A DNA stretch of 64,000 nt from Candidatus Onthomorpha sp. (GTDB taxonomy: Bacteria > Bacteroidota > Bacteroidia > Bacteroidales > P3): positions 65,986 to 129,985 of the forward strand of contig JAZRCB010000039.1 in assembly GCA_045635365.1 (NCBI GenBank), in the 5' to 3' direction. Position numbers and translations under genes: made by a program. The notes under the pieces were generated by a model. The model saw only the letters and a list, made by a program, of their open reading frames with translations. It did not search any database and was not told the DNA's origin. Positions 16,469 to 27,052 of the stretch are shown one piece after another (the stretch's first letter is position 1; the number at the start of each line of letters is the position of its first letter).

Positions 16469-18910
16469 CTATTTAATTATAACTTTTGATGATTGACTCT
16501 TTATGTTATTAAATGCCTTCACTATATAAGCTCCTACTGAAAGGTTATTTAGGGTAAAGTTATAGTCTTTTGTTTCATAGACTTTTTGTCCTAAGGCGTT
16601 ATATACTTCTATTTGAAGATTATCTTCTTTTGATTGAATATTAATTAAACGATTGCAATTTGTGATACTTATATTTGATTGACCATCTAAATCTAAAGCA
16701 TCTGCTTTTCTTACAAATAATTTGAATCTATCATTATTCTCTCCTTTGAAAAACTCAGTAGTATAAGTACTTCCTGCTGACATATCTATCATTTCCTCGC
16801 CATCAATAAGAAAGACTTTCAATTCACTTGGAATCTCCTTCATAACAAAACTCATCACAGTGTCTTTATAAGTACGAACATTCATTGTTGCATAGTAAGG
16901 CAATTCTTTTATTTCTTCTTTTACTAGGGCTATTCCGTCTGTAAGAAAATAAGGTTCTGTGATTTTTTCCATAGAGAATAGTTTGTTTGCATCATAGATG
17001 TCATATCCTTGTTCTGCTTCTTGATTGTGGGCTAATAATAGTTCTGTTTCTTTTTCTCCTTCAAATAGTGATAGTTTTATATATTCTTTTTGTGAGATGC
17101 TTGTAGTTTTTTGATGTTGTGGTTCATTATATTCGTGCAGTTGATTTTTTCTAAAATTTATTGTTTTAGTTCCTGGTGTTGAAAAGTTTACAAAGAATCC
17201 TTGACATACTCCTAAGTCATAGCCTGCTTCTTTTGTTACAAAGCTAAAGCTATTATCAGTTGAGTTATGTACATATATTCCATCTCCTTGTATTGATTGT
17301 GGGGAATTATTATTTTCTGTCAAAAAGTCTTTTACACATAGTTTTGCTGGATATGGATTAGAAAGTGCCATCCAATTTCCTATATTATCTCCTTGTGTGG
17401 TAGTTATTGTTTTTGTAAGTACTACATCTTGATGGTTTAATCCAAAGTCTGCTTCCATTATAATTGGTTGAATATAGGTTGTTTGCTCTCCATAGTCTCT
17501 TTTTGTTGAGAATACTACTCCTCCATCATAGAAAGGCCATGCGAGAAATCCTTCTCCTGCTTGTATTACACTGTCTATTGTAGAGTAGTTATTAGACCAT
17601 AATCCATTTCCATATTCAAATTCTACTATTGTTACGTCTTTTCCTCCTGGTCCTATCTTCACTGCCCATAGGTCATAACCATTTAGTGGTGCTCCTATGA
17701 AGTTCCATTTCCCTTTTTGTGCGGGTGCTACTATTTCTATTTCTCCTCCTAAGTTTTCATTCATATAAACTAAATCTGCTCCTGTAGCATGTGAGTTATT
17801 TTCTCCTCCTGTTATAGTTACATCTGGTCTCCAACCATCATCTACTATAAGTGTATCTCTTTCTATTAATTCTCCGCCTACTTCTATTCTTAATACTCCT
17901 TCATTTATTGAGTTGAATGGATATATATGTCGTTTGTGTGTTAATCTTACTATGTGATTTTTTCTTATATAGAATGGATGATTTGGATTTCTTGGCATAA
18001 AGTTAGGGTATCCATTTGTTTCTAACCATGCTTCTTTATTTGAAGCTGTTTCATAAGCTGTTTTTGAACTCCAAGAGTCATATCCTACCCATGTTTCTGG
18101 TAAACAGAATAATCCACTTTGTCTTGTTGTTCTTACACAGTCTGTTTCATCTATTACTGTTCCATTATTTGTTGATACATAATAAGCATTTGCACATCCA
18201 CATGGTGCATGTATTCTTGCATTGTTTCCAAAGATTGATACATTTGAATTTCCATCTCCATCTGTGTCATTAATTGTTAGGAGTTCTGGATTCATAAATA
18301 TTATATGTACGTTATTACAGTTTGTGAAGGCATTAGTGGAAATTGTTACATTTCCGCTTCCTAAGAATATTACTTCTATTGAATGCACATTATGAAAAGC
18401 ATAATCTCCTATTGATGTTACTCCTGCTGGTATAATGATTTCATTTAATCCATGGCAATTTTCAAAGGTATAGTTTTCAATAGTTGTTATTCCTGCTGGT
18501 AGTAGTATTGAGTGTAATCTATGGCAACCTTGAAAGGCATAGGCTCCTATTGAGCTAACTCCTGTTCCTAAGTCCACTTCTTCTAACATTGCACAGCTTT
18601 GAAAGGCATTTACTCCTATTGTGGTTACTGTGTTTGGTATTTTTACTATTTTTAATTCATTTGAGTTTTGGAATCCATAGTCTGCTATTTTAGTTACTGT
18701 GTATTCTACATCATTATAAGTAACTGTAGAGGGTATTTCTAAGGTTTGAACATTAGCATTATTGAATTCTGGTTCTTGTTTTTTAACCTCTACATAGTTG
18801 TCTTGTAAATTTATTATGCGATAAGTAAGCATATTACTTGAAAATAAGTCTTGTGCAAAAAGGCTTACTGAAGAGATTAATAATGAAATGATTAAAAGAT
18901 ATTTTTTCAT
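16469..18910 (-). CDS. BspA-type leucine-rich-repeat surface protein with a T9SS C-terminal sorting domain
   Basis: 813 aa, signal peptide MKKYLLIISLLISSVSLFAQ. Tandem ~23-aa LRRs (IPNTVTTIGVNAFQSC..., LGTGVSSIGAYAFQGC..., LPAGITTIENYTFENC..., IPAGVTSIGDYAFHN...). Por_Secre_tail-like C-terminus: LQIEVYNALGQKVYE...LSVGAYIVKAF...KVIIK. Confidence 0.85.
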   Translation of the reverse strand: MKKYLLIISLLISSVSLFAQDLFSSNMLTYRIINLQDNYVEVKKQEPEFNNANVQTLEIPSTVTYNDVEYTVTKIADYGFQNSNELKIVKIPNTVTTIGVNAFQSCAMLEEVDLGTGVSSIGAYAFQGCHRLHSILLPAGITTIENYTFENCHGLNEIIIPAGVTSIGDYAFHNVHSIEVIFLGSGNVTISTNAFTNCNNVHIIFMNPELLTINDTDGDGNSNVSIFGNNARIHAPCGCANAYYVSTNNGTVIDETDCVRTTRQSGLFCLPETWVGYDSWSSKTAYETASNKEAWLETNGYPNFMPRNPNHPFYIRKNHIVRLTHKRHIYPFNSINEGVLRIEVGGELIERDTLIVDDGWRPDVTITGGENNSHATGADLVYMNENLGGEIEIVAPAQKGKWNFIGAPLNGYDLWAVKIGPGGKDVTIVEFEYGNGLWSNNYSTIDSVIQAGEGFLAWPFYDGGVVFSTKRDYGEQTTYIQPIIMEADFGLNHQDVVLTKTITTTQGDNIGNWMALSNPYPAKLCVKDFLTENNNSPQSIQGDGIYVHNSTDNSFSFVTKEAGYDLGVCQGFFVNFSTPGTKTINFRKNQLHEYNEPQHQKTTSISQKEYIKLSLFEGEKETELLLAHNQEAEQGYDIYDANKLFSMEKITEPYFLTDGIALVKEEIKELPYYATMNVRTYKDTVMSFVMKEIPSELKVFLIDGEEMIDMSAGSTYTTEFFKGENNDRFKLFVRKADALDLDGQSNISITNCNRLINIQSKEDNLQIEVYNALGQKVYETKDYNFTLNNLSVGAYIVKAFNNIKSQSSKVIIK

Positions 18911-18939
18911 TGATTTTTACTATTATTTTTTTCGGCTTG

Positions 18940-18947
18940 CAAAATTA
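18940..18947 (-). promoter_or_regulatory. Bacteroidota -7 promoter box (TAATTTTG on minus strand)
   Basis: CAAAATTA on +. It lies 29 nt upstream of ATG 18910. Confidence 0.5.
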
Positions 18948-19027
18948 GTTATTTTTTTCACAAAAATAAAGGTCAATTCTGTAAACTTTCTGAAATTTTT
19001 GTTTTTTTGCAAAAAAAAATTATTCTA

Positions 19028-19063
19028 AATAAAAAAAGGCTTGAAAACCTTTTGTTTCAAACC
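19028..19063 (-). terminator. Intrinsic terminator after the DUF4831-like gene
   Basis: On the minus-strand RNA, gguuugaaa pairs with uuucaagcc (9 bp, one G:U) with an 8-nt loop, followed by U7. Confidence 0.6.
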
Positions 19064-19084
19064 TTTTCTTTTTATTTGCGGGAG

Positions 19085-20200
19085 TTATTCTACTCTTTCT
19101 AAAGCTCCTGTTTGTGGTTTAAAGCTTATTTTCTTTGGAGAGTCTAGCATATATGATACTACTCCATATTGAGTTAGTTGTGTGGCTTTAAAGTAGCGTT
19201 TTCCATCAAATTCTATGCTTAATTCTACCATTTCTGGTATTCTATAGTATAGACCTACTCCTTTTTTAGCTATTAGTTTTTGTAGGTTTTCGTCTTTCTT
19301 TTTTTGTTCTTCTATTTTTTCGTATTCTTTAGTTGTGTTTAATGAGTGTATTTTTACTGCTACTATTGGTGCTGAACTGCTGTGGTTTAAATTCATTACT
19401 CCTTCTTCTTCTGAGAATTTAAAGACACCTAATAATAGGTCTTCTTCTACTATTAGTGGCTTTTCTGGTGTAAGGGTAAAGGTGTATTCTAATTCTTGAC
19501 TTGTGGCTTCTCCTGTGAATAATGCTACATATCCATTTATCATTTGGTCTAATTGTTTGTACATATATTCTACTGTGTTGTTCATATATGTTCCATCTAT
19601 ATTGCCTGATAGTACATCTAATTGTTTTTCTCTTAGATCTTCTATTTTTTCTACTGCTTTAGCTGCTGAAAGGTTAGGCATTGCATCTAATTGTCCTTGC
19701 ATTAGGAGTTTTTGTTCAAATATTTCTGGACATTGTGTGGCTTCTTTTATTTCTTTTGGAGGCATTGGGGCTTTATGTCCTTTATGATGACAGCCTTCTT
19801 TTCTTTCTTTATTTACCTCTCCTATTGATAATAGGGCTCCTTCTTTTGTTTTGTTTATTTGTACATTGTTTTTTGTGTTAAGAAAATAGATGTTTTCACT
19901 ATCTCCTATTGGTCGTGTAGTAATTTCTATGTCTTTTATTTTATATTTTACTGCATCATTGATTATGATATTTTTTGCTCCTATTAGATAGGCATAGTCT
20001 GCAAACACTCCTTTGTTTTCTTGTATTTTTTCTACTTTTACTTTAAAGATGATTTCTGTTTTTGGTAGTGTGTAATAAACTCCTGTTGAGTTGAAGTTTA
20101 TTTTATCCATAGGAAATGAACGATAGTCTTGTGCTATTGTTGTTAGTCCTATTATTATTGATAGTATGAATAGGGCTGTTTGTTTTATTGTTCTTTTCAT
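19085..20200 (-). CDS. Hypothetical secreted protein (DUF4831-like)
   Basis: 371 aa with a signal peptide. The N-terminal VYYTLPKTEIIFKVKVEK...ADYAYLIG resembles what I recall of DUF4831. This is weak recognition only. Confidence 0.6.
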   Translation of the reverse strand: MKRTIKQTALFILSIIIGLTTIAQDYRSFPMDKINFNSTGVYYTLPKTEIIFKVKVEKIQENKGVFADYAYLIGAKNIIINDAVKYKIKDIEITTRPIGDSENIYFLNTKNNVQINKTKEGALLSIGEVNKERKEGCHHKGHKAPMPPKEIKEATQCPEIFEQKLLMQGQLDAMPNLSAAKAVEKIEDLREKQLDVLSGNIDGTYMNNTVEYMYKQLDQMINGYVALFTGEATSQELEYTFTLTPEKPLIVEEDLLLGVFKFSEEEGVMNLNHSSSAPIVAVKIHSLNTTKEYEKIEEQKKKDENLQKLIAKKGVGLYYRIPEMVELSIEFDGKRYFKATQLTQYGVVSYMLDSPKKISFKPQTGALERVE

Positions 20201-20203
20201 ATT

Positions 20204-21925
20204 TTATTGTTTTATGTTTATTACTCCGTATTTGTTTTTACTTTTTATGATATAGTGATTGGCTCCCATATAGGCTGCTAATCCTATGTAGTTTAATTGT
20301 AATTCTGTATTGTCTATTGCTTCTGATATCAAAACTCCTTCTTCCTGCATTTTATTGTTTAGCATTTTTATTTGGTTGTTGTCTAATACTAATATTATGT
20401 CTTTATGGAAGATGCCTGCTGCTTTATAGTATTTATCTGTTAATGGTTTGTTGGTTTCTTCTGATACAAAGCTCCAACCTTGTGTGGTTTTTACTGTTAG
20501 TATTCCATTGGCTGATTTCTTAATGTTTAGCATTTCTTCTGGTTTATATTTTCCTGTAGAATATAGTCTTTTTCTTATTTTCTTGTCTTTGAATTCTACA
20601 TAGTCTGCTGCTAACATTATGGATTCTACTTTTGGGAAAGTGAAGATTTCTCCTTTGTCATTAAGGAGTTTTGAATCTTTTTTACCGTCATATAAGACAA
20701 AGTATTTCTTTGATGGTGAGAGTTTTGCTTCTTTGTATTTGAAGTCTATTATTGTTTGGTTGTTTATGTTTACTACTCCCCATGTATTGCCTTTTCTAAA
20801 GCAGATATTGTCGGATATTATTGAGAGGATTTCATCGTATATTGGTTCTATTAGCCATTGTCCTTTGCTATTTTGTATTCCATAAGAGAAGAAGTTTTCT
20901 ATTACAAAGTAGGTTTCTCCTTTTTTATTGCTTACTATGTCTAGTATGTTACCTTCTATTTCTGCTAGTTTTTCTTGTTTTGTGTTGTAGATAATTGTGC
21001 GATTTTCTTTGTATGCCAGAAAGAATGTGTCGTTGGTTACCATCATTTCTATTCTTTCATAGCTTGGTGGCACACAGATTACACTGTCTGATCTTATTAT
21101 TCCTTGTTCTAGGTTTTGGCTTATGTGATAATAGTTTGGTAGTTTTGTTGGTAGGCATACTTGATAGCTTGCTGGTAGTACTAGTTTTCCTTCTTCGTTT
21201 AATAAGGCTTGTTGTCCTTCTTCTGTGTAGGCTTTTATGTAGGTAGCTTCTTTACCATTGTATATTCCAAAGTCTGCATAGATTGCTGGACAGATGATTT
21301 CTCCTTTGCCATTTATTAATCCAAATACTGGCATTCCTGAGGTAGAGATTTGTTTGAAGGAGTACACTTTGCCTTCTACTAAAACTGATATATCAAGGTA
21401 TTGTGGATAGATTATTATTTCTCCTTTGGAGTTGCTAATTCCGTATTTGCCATCTTTTTTTATGGATATTGCATCTCCTATTCTTGATATTATTTCGTAT
21501 TCTTGTGGTATTAATTGTTTGTTTTGTTTGTTTATTAGTTTGTATTCTCCTTCTACTTCTACTAGGCTTGCTCCATTGTCAAAGAGGTTAATTTGAGATT
21601 TGTCTTCTCTATAGGTTTGTTTTTCTATTACATAGGTCGGTTCTATGAGTGTGTTGCCTAATGTATCTACAAATCCTATTTTATCATTATTGATTACTGA
21701 TATGACTCCATCTCCTAATGCATCTATTCCTTGATAGATACATGGTAATATTTCTTGGCGATCTTTTACTACTCCCCATTTGCCTGATTGTTTGACTGCA
21801 TAGTATCTTCCATCTAATGAAAAGACTGAGTCGTATTTTATATCTACTGCAAGGGTGTAAACTGATTGTGCTAAAGTGATATTGCTTATTATTATCGCTA
21901 TTAGTATGCTTATTATTTTTTTCAT
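20204..21925 (-). CDS. WG-repeat (KWG-like) protein, secreted
   Basis: 573 aa with a signal peptide. Repeated motifs: GKWGVVK, DKIGFVD, GKYGISN, PVFGLING, NTWGVVN, NKYGVINI. Confidence 0.75.
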   Translation of the reverse strand: MKKIISILIAIIISNITLAQSVYTLAVDIKYDSVFSLDGRYYAVKQSGKWGVVKDRQEILPCIYQGIDALGDGVISVINNDKIGFVDTLGNTLIEPTYVIEKQTYREDKSQINLFDNGASLVEVEGEYKLINKQNKQLIPQEYEIISRIGDAISIKKDGKYGISNSKGEIIIYPQYLDISVLVEGKVYSFKQISTSGMPVFGLINGKGEIICPAIYADFGIYNGKEATYIKAYTEEGQQALLNEEGKLVLPASYQVCLPTKLPNYYHISQNLEQGIIRSDSVICVPPSYERIEMMVTNDTFFLAYKENRTIIYNTKQEKLAEIEGNILDIVSNKKGETYFVIENFFSYGIQNSKGQWLIEPIYDEILSIISDNICFRKGNTWGVVNINNQTIIDFKYKEAKLSPSKKYFVLYDGKKDSKLLNDKGEIFTFPKVESIMLAADYVEFKDKKIRKRLYSTGKYKPEEMLNIKKSANGILTVKTTQGWSFVSEETNKPLTDKYYKAAGIFHKDIILVLDNNQIKMLNNKMQEEGVLISEAIDNTELQLNYIGLAAYMGANHYIIKSKNKYGVINIKQ

Positions 21926-21935
21926 GACTTTTGTT

Positions 21936-22964
21936 TTATAATAATGGTTCTTGTTGTGATAAACAGTGGAAACTTCCTAATCCCCATATTATATCTGTTG
22001 AGTCTATTCCTACTACTTTTCTATCTGTAAATAGTTTGCTTAATATGTCCATTGCTTCTTGGTCTTGTGGGCATTTATACAATGGTACTATTACTGCATT
22101 GTTTGCTATGTAGAAGTTTGCATAAGAGGCTGGTAGTCTTTGGTCTTCCCATATTACTGCTTCTGGCATTGGTAATTCTACTATGTTTAGTTGTTTTCCA
22201 CTTTCTAATCGTGCTTTTGAAAGGAGTTTTAGGTTATCTTGTAGGGGTTGATAGTTTTCGTCGTTTTTATTTTTTTCTATGGCTGTTATTACTGTGTCAT
22301 AGTTTACAAATCTTGTTATGTCATCAACATGTCCATCTGTGTCATCTCCTTCTATGCCATCTCCTAACCATATTACATTTTCTACATTGTAGTAGTTGCA
22401 AAGTTTTTCTTCTATTTCTGCTTGTGAAAGGTTAAGGTTTCTATTTGGATTTAATAGACATGCTGTTGTAGTTACTAGTGTGCCTTTTCCATTTACGTCT
22501 ATTGAGCCTCCTTCCATTATAATGTGTGGGTGAAAGACTTCAAGACCTAAATAATTGGCTATTTGCATTGGTATTTGATTGTCTAAATCACATGGATATT
22601 TTCCTCCCCATGCGTTGTAATCCCAATTAACTATTGCTTTTTGATTGGCTTTTAATACAAATGCTGGACCATGGTCTCTACACCAAGCATCATTTGTTCT
22701 AAAATGGTGAAAGAATATATTCTCCATTTTTGTGCCTATTTCTTGTAGTTGAGCTGTTACAAGATCTTGAGTTTTTTGGTCTTGTATATTTATATTTACT
22801 TTTTCTCCTTTTGATAGTTCTGCAATAAATTGATTGTATGATGGAAATATTGTTTCTATTTTATCTGGCCATGAGTTTTCATTATGAGGATAACTCAACC
22901 ATGTGCTTTCGTGTTTTTCCCACTCTGCTGGAAAGATAAATCCTAAGTCTTTTGGTGTTTTCAT
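21936..22964 (-). CDS. aguA: Agmatine deiminase
   Basis: MKTPKDLGFIFPAEWEKHESTWLSYPH, WCRDHGPAFV, GGSIDVNGKGTL, DDTDGHVDD and a C-terminal GSFHCLSQQ (catalytic Cys). Start moved from 22991 to ATG 22964. Confidence 0.9.
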   Translation of the reverse strand: MKTPKDLGFIFPAEWEKHESTWLSYPHNENSWPDKIETIFPSYNQFIAELSKGEKVNINIQDQKTQDLVTAQLQEIGTKMENIFFHHFRTNDAWCRDHGPAFVLKANQKAIVNWDYNAWGGKYPCDLDNQIPMQIANYLGLEVFHPHIIMEGGSIDVNGKGTLVTTTACLLNPNRNLNLSQAEIEEKLCNYYNVENVIWLGDGIEGDDTDGHVDDITRFVNYDTVITAIEKNKNDENYQPLQDNLKLLSKARLESGKQLNIVELPMPEAVIWEDQRLPASYANFYIANNAVIVPLYKCPQDQEAMDILSKLFTDRKVVGIDSTDIIWGLGSFHCLSQQEPLL

Positions 22965-22978
22965 ATATTTATTTCTTT

Positions 22979-23839
22979 TTAATCTATGCAACGTTTTGTT
23001 ATTTCTGAATAAGAGTCTATTCTTCTATCTCTTAAATAAGGCCAATGTATTCTATAATGGTCTGTTTTCTCTGTTTCTATTTCTATTACTGCTATGTCTT
23101 CTTCTGTGTGAGAGGATTTATGTAATAGTGTTCCAAATGGATTAGATACAAAGCTTCCTCCCCAGAATTGCATATTACCTTCTTGTCCTACTCTATTTAC
23201 AGATACTGTGTGTACTCCATTTGCTATTGCATGAGAGCGTTGTATTGTTTGCCAAGCATTATATTGTTCTGTATTTGTAGCTTCATCTTGACTTATATCC
23301 CAACCTATTGCTGTTGGATAGAATAATATGTCTGCTCCTTTTAGGGCTGTTATTCTACTTGCTTCTGGATACCATTGGTCCCAACAGATTAAAACTCCTA
23401 TGTTACCAAATTTTGTGTTGAATACTTTATATCCTAAGTCCCCTGGTGTGAAATAGAATTTTTCATAATATCCTGGGTCATCAGGTATGTGCATTTTTCT
23501 GTATTTTCCTAAGTATTCTCCATCTGCATCAAGAACTGCTACTGTGTTATGGTATAGTCCTTTCATGCGTTTTTCAAATAAAGAGGCTATGATTACTACT
23601 CCTAATTCTTTTGCTAAGGCTGATAATCTTTCTGTTGTTGTTCCTGGTATTTCTTCTGCTAATTTAAAGTTTTCGTAGTCTTCTACATCACAAAAATATA
23701 ATGATGCAAATAGTTCTTGTAAGCATATTATATTAGCTCCTTTTGCTGCACATTCTCTTATCTTTTCTATTGTCTTTTCTATATTAGATTGTTTGTCTTT
23801 TTGACAAGTCATCTGTATCAATCCTACGTTTACTTTCAT
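22979..23839 (-). CDS. aguB: N-carbamoylputrescine amidase (carbon-nitrogen hydrolase family)
   Basis: 286 aa with a nitrilase-superfamily E-K-C pattern: ICLQELF, YRKMHIPDDPGYYEKFYF, GVLICWDQWYPE. It lies immediately upstream of aguA. Confidence 0.85.
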   Translation of the reverse strand: MKVNVGLIQMTCQKDKQSNIEKTIEKIRECAAKGANIICLQELFASLYFCDVEDYENFKLAEEIPGTTTERLSALAKELGVVIIASLFEKRMKGLYHNTVAVLDADGEYLGKYRKMHIPDDPGYYEKFYFTPGDLGYKVFNTKFGNIGVLICWDQWYPEASRITALKGADILFYPTAIGWDISQDEATNTEQYNAWQTIQRSHAIANGVHTVSVNRVGQEGNMQFWGGSFVSNPFGTLLHKSSHTEEDIAVIEIETEKTDHYRIHWPYLRDRRIDSYSEITKRCID

Positions 23840-24747
23840 ATCTTTTTCTTTTTATTAAAACCAAATTGACTAAATAGTAATCCAATTACAACTATTACTA
23901 TTCCTAAGATTTTAGGTAGTGTAAATGCTTCTTGTCCTAAGATTACTGCTGCTATTATTGTTACTACTGGTATTGCGTTTGTAAATACGCTTACTTTGAT
24001 TACTGAGATTACTTTTGCTCCATAGGAGTATAGCATAAATGCTCCTGAGGAACAAAATACTGCTAAGAGTATTAAACTCAAAATAGAGGTTGTTGTAAAG
24101 TTTATTGAAGTAAGTTTTTCTATGTCAAAAATCAATAAGCATGGTAGGAAATATAGTATTCCTATGATATTTTGATAGGTTGTTATTGTTATTGGTGAGT
24201 ATTTATTGATGAGTTTGCAAAGTATTACTGAATATCCTGCTCCTGCAAAGACTGCTAATAAAAGTAATAAGACTCCTTGCCATGAGATTTGTATTTGTCC
24301 ATTAGGGTTTATACTCATTATTGTTATTCCTATGATAGAAACTACTACTCCTACAAGTAGGTTCCAACCTATTTTTTCTTTATTGAAGACATACAATGCT
24401 AATGGGTTTACTATTGGAAGAAGTGCTATCATAATTGCTGCAAAACTTGCATCTACATATTGCATGCTAAAATTCTCTCCTATAAAATAAAGGAATGGTT
24501 CAAAGAATGCTAATAGAAGGAATTTTGATATGTCTGCTTTTTGTATTTTTTCTAATTTATGTAATAATGAAAAAGTAACAAACATCAACAATGAAGATAT
24601 TGCAAGTCTTATTGTTAGTATAAGAAATACCGGGAAGTTTGCATTAAGGAGTTCTTTGGTCCATACAAAGCTTATTCCCCAAAATATCATGGAGAAAATA
24701 ATCGCAATATATGCTGAGAGTTTTCTATTATTGGAAGTTTGTTTCAT
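23836..24747 (-). CDS. DMT-superfamily (EamA-like) transporter
   Basis: 303 aa with about 10 predicted TM helices in two similar halves. It overlaps aguB by 4 nt. Confidence 0.75.
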   Translation of the reverse strand: MKQTSNNRKLSAYIAIIFSMIFWGISFVWTKELLNANFPVFLILTIRLAISSLLMFVTFSLLHKLEKIQKADISKFLLLAFFEPFLYFIGENFSMQYVDASFAAIMIALLPIVNPLALYVFNKEKIGWNLLVGVVVSIIGITIMSINPNGQIQISWQGVLLLLLAVFAGAGYSVILCKLINKYSPITITTYQNIIGILYFLPCLLIFDIEKLTSINFTTTSILSLILLAVFCSSGAFMLYSYGAKVISVIKVSVFTNAIPVVTIIAAVILGQEAFTLPKILGIVIVVIGLLFSQFGFNKKKKI

Positions 24748-24756
24748 TTTTATTTG

Positions 24757-27039
24757 TTAAAATGTATAAGTTACTCCAAGTGATGGCATTATAGGTAGTT
24801 GATCCACTCTTTGTGATGTTATACGATTCCAATAGAATAGATTATTTCTGTTATATACGTTTGTTAAGCTGAAATTGATTTCTAAGATTGAGCGTTTGCC
24901 TATTTCAAATCTTTTCTTTGCAGATAGGTCTAATCTATGATAATTTGGTAATCTTTTTGAGTTTAAATCTCCATAGATTGTTGTAAGTGTTCCATTTTGA
25001 GAAATAAAATCAGAGTTTATTCCATTTGAAAAATTAAGTATTTCAACCATTGAGGCTGTTGGTGAATAAGGGAATCCACTTCCATAGTTCCAACGCAAAC
25101 TTAATTCAAAGTCACGACTTTTTCCCATTTGATAGTTGATTAAAACATTAACATTATGTCTTCTATCATAGTGTGGCGCATAGGTGTGTACTTCTCCTAC
25201 CCTTTCTACTTTACCTAATGAATAGATAGTCCAAATATATAATCTACCATCATCGTATTTTAATGAGAAATCAGCTCCGTATGCTTTACCTGATTCTACT
25301 GTATATTCTTTTTTCATATAACCAGGTTTATCTTCATGTTCTAAATCATCTGCATAAAGTCTATCTCTGTTTGCAGATACTAAGTTATCCATTGTCTTGT
25401 AATATAACTCTACATTAAGATTAAGATTTCTTAATATATCGTATTCTGCTCCAAATATATAGTGTTTAGATGTTTGTACATAAGAATTGATTGGCTCTCC
25501 TTGGAATGTATTAACTATATTTAAGTCTGGACCTACTGTCAAATAGCCTGTGAAAAGATTTACTATATCCCTATCACTCTTTGTATCAATAAAGGTTTGA
25601 GAATAAAGGCCTGTTGCTAATTTGAATCTAAATTTATCACATACATTCCATTTTGCTGATAAGCGTGGTTCCAAGAAAGCATCTCCTAATGAAGCATAGT
25701 AACTCAATCTAAGACTTGGCTCTACAAGTATGCTTTTATACATTAGCTTGTAAATAGCATATAGACCTATTTCTGTAGAATAATCTGTTGTTGTATCATT
25801 CATTTTATAGGCTGTCTTTGTAGTGTTGCCTTCCATTTCCATACCATATTTCAATCTATCATCTCCAAAGAAATTTGTGACAGACATTCCTACATTGAAG
25901 CCACCTATATTACTCATTTGATTTTGGTTTGTAGTAGTTTCTTGCATATTCATAGTGTAATCTGAATATGCTATAACTCCTTCTACTAAGGCTGAAGAAG
26001 TTCCTGGTATTAAAAGGAAATTTGTTCCAAAGGCTCTATTTGTCCAATCAAAATTTGCTATTGCTTCATATTGATTTACCTTGTCTGTAAAGTTTAATCC
26101 AAAGAAATTTATCTTACTTCCATTGTCTGTTGATAAGGTTAGTTTACCATATAAGTCTAAGTAATCGTATGGTAATTCTTTATTCATATAAGAATATATT
26201 GAAGTAGAGGTTTTAGAAAGATAAGAGTTCTTTGCTGATAATATATATGAAAGATTATATGTTGATTTATCAACTATTGGACCTTCTAACAATAGATTAG
26301 CCCCAAAAGTAGAAGCAGAAAGCTTTCCTGAAAAGTGTTTCTTATTTCCATCTTTTGTAGTGATATCCATCACAGAAGAAATTCTTCCACCATATTGTGC
26401 AGAGAAACCTCCTGTATAAATATCAGCACTTCTTATGATGTCTGTTTCAAATACTGAAAACAAACCTATAGAGTGAAAAGGATTGTAAACTACCATTCCA
26501 TCTAATAACACTTTGTTTTGAATGGCTGAACCTCCTCTTATATATAATTGTCCACCTTGGTCACCTGAGAAAACTACTCCCGGAAGTACTTGTATATATT
26601 GTGCTAAATCTGCTTGTCCTCCTATGGAAGGCATTTGTTGTATATCTTGTGAAGTGATTTTTTCTATTGACACTTGACTTTCTGTTCTTGCAATTTCTTG
26701 TACACCTCTAATCTCTATTGCTTCTAACTCTGTTGCAGAAGGCGATAAATCTATTTTTAAAGCATGTACTTTATTTTTTTCTACCTTGATTGGAAGAATT
26801 TCTGTTTCATAACCAAGTGATGTTACTTTCACATTGTAGTTACCAACTTTTACTTTTGACAAAACAAAGTACCCATTAACATCTGTTGTTGTTCCTATCA
26901 TAGTATTTTCCAACATAACATTAGTTAGCATCATTGGCTCCCCTGTTTGTTTGTCATAAACAAATCCTCTAATTGAACCTGTTTGTGCAGAAACTAATGT
27001 TGTAATTGTAATAAATAGCAAGAATAGTACTTTTTTCAT
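24757..27039 (-). CDS. TonB-dependent receptor with an N-terminal carboxypeptidase-regulatory-like domain
   Basis: 760 aa with a signal peptide. GSIRGFVYDKQTGEPM...NVML (CarbopepD_reg-like). Plug motifs (GVVFSGDQGGQLYIRGG, VLLDGMVVYNP). Ends with the beta-barrel terminus LGVTYTF. Confidence 0.85.
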   Translation of the reverse strand: MKKVLFLLFITITTLVSAQTGSIRGFVYDKQTGEPMMLTNVMLENTMIGTTTDVNGYFVLSKVKVGNYNVKVTSLGYETEILPIKVEKNKVHALKIDLSPSATELEAIEIRGVQEIARTESQVSIEKITSQDIQQMPSIGGQADLAQYIQVLPGVVFSGDQGGQLYIRGGSAIQNKVLLDGMVVYNPFHSIGLFSVFETDIIRSADIYTGGFSAQYGGRISSVMDITTKDGNKKHFSGKLSASTFGANLLLEGPIVDKSTYNLSYILSAKNSYLSKTSTSIYSYMNKELPYDYLDLYGKLTLSTDNGSKINFFGLNFTDKVNQYEAIANFDWTNRAFGTNFLLIPGTSSALVEGVIAYSDYTMNMQETTTNQNQMSNIGGFNVGMSVTNFFGDDRLKYGMEMEGNTTKTAYKMNDTTTDYSTEIGLYAIYKLMYKSILVEPSLRLSYYASLGDAFLEPRLSAKWNVCDKFRFKLATGLYSQTFIDTKSDRDIVNLFTGYLTVGPDLNIVNTFQGEPINSYVQTSKHYIFGAEYDILRNLNLNVELYYKTMDNLVSANRDRLYADDLEHEDKPGYMKKEYTVESGKAYGADFSLKYDDGRLYIWTIYSLGKVERVGEVHTYAPHYDRRHNVNVLINYQMGKSRDFELSLRWNYGSGFPYSPTASMVEILNFSNGINSDFISQNGTLTTIYGDLNSKRLPNYHRLDLSAKKRFEIGKRSILEINFSLTNVYNRNNLFYWNRITSQRVDQLPIMPSLGVTYTF

Positions 27040-27052
27040 TATTATTTTTATT

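Noticed and set aside
16469-21925. Tandem DNA repeats inside the LRR and WG-repeat genes as independent repeat features
   Set aside because: They are explained by the protein repeat units (~23-aa LRRs, WG repeats). They are in frame and degenerate at the DNA level.
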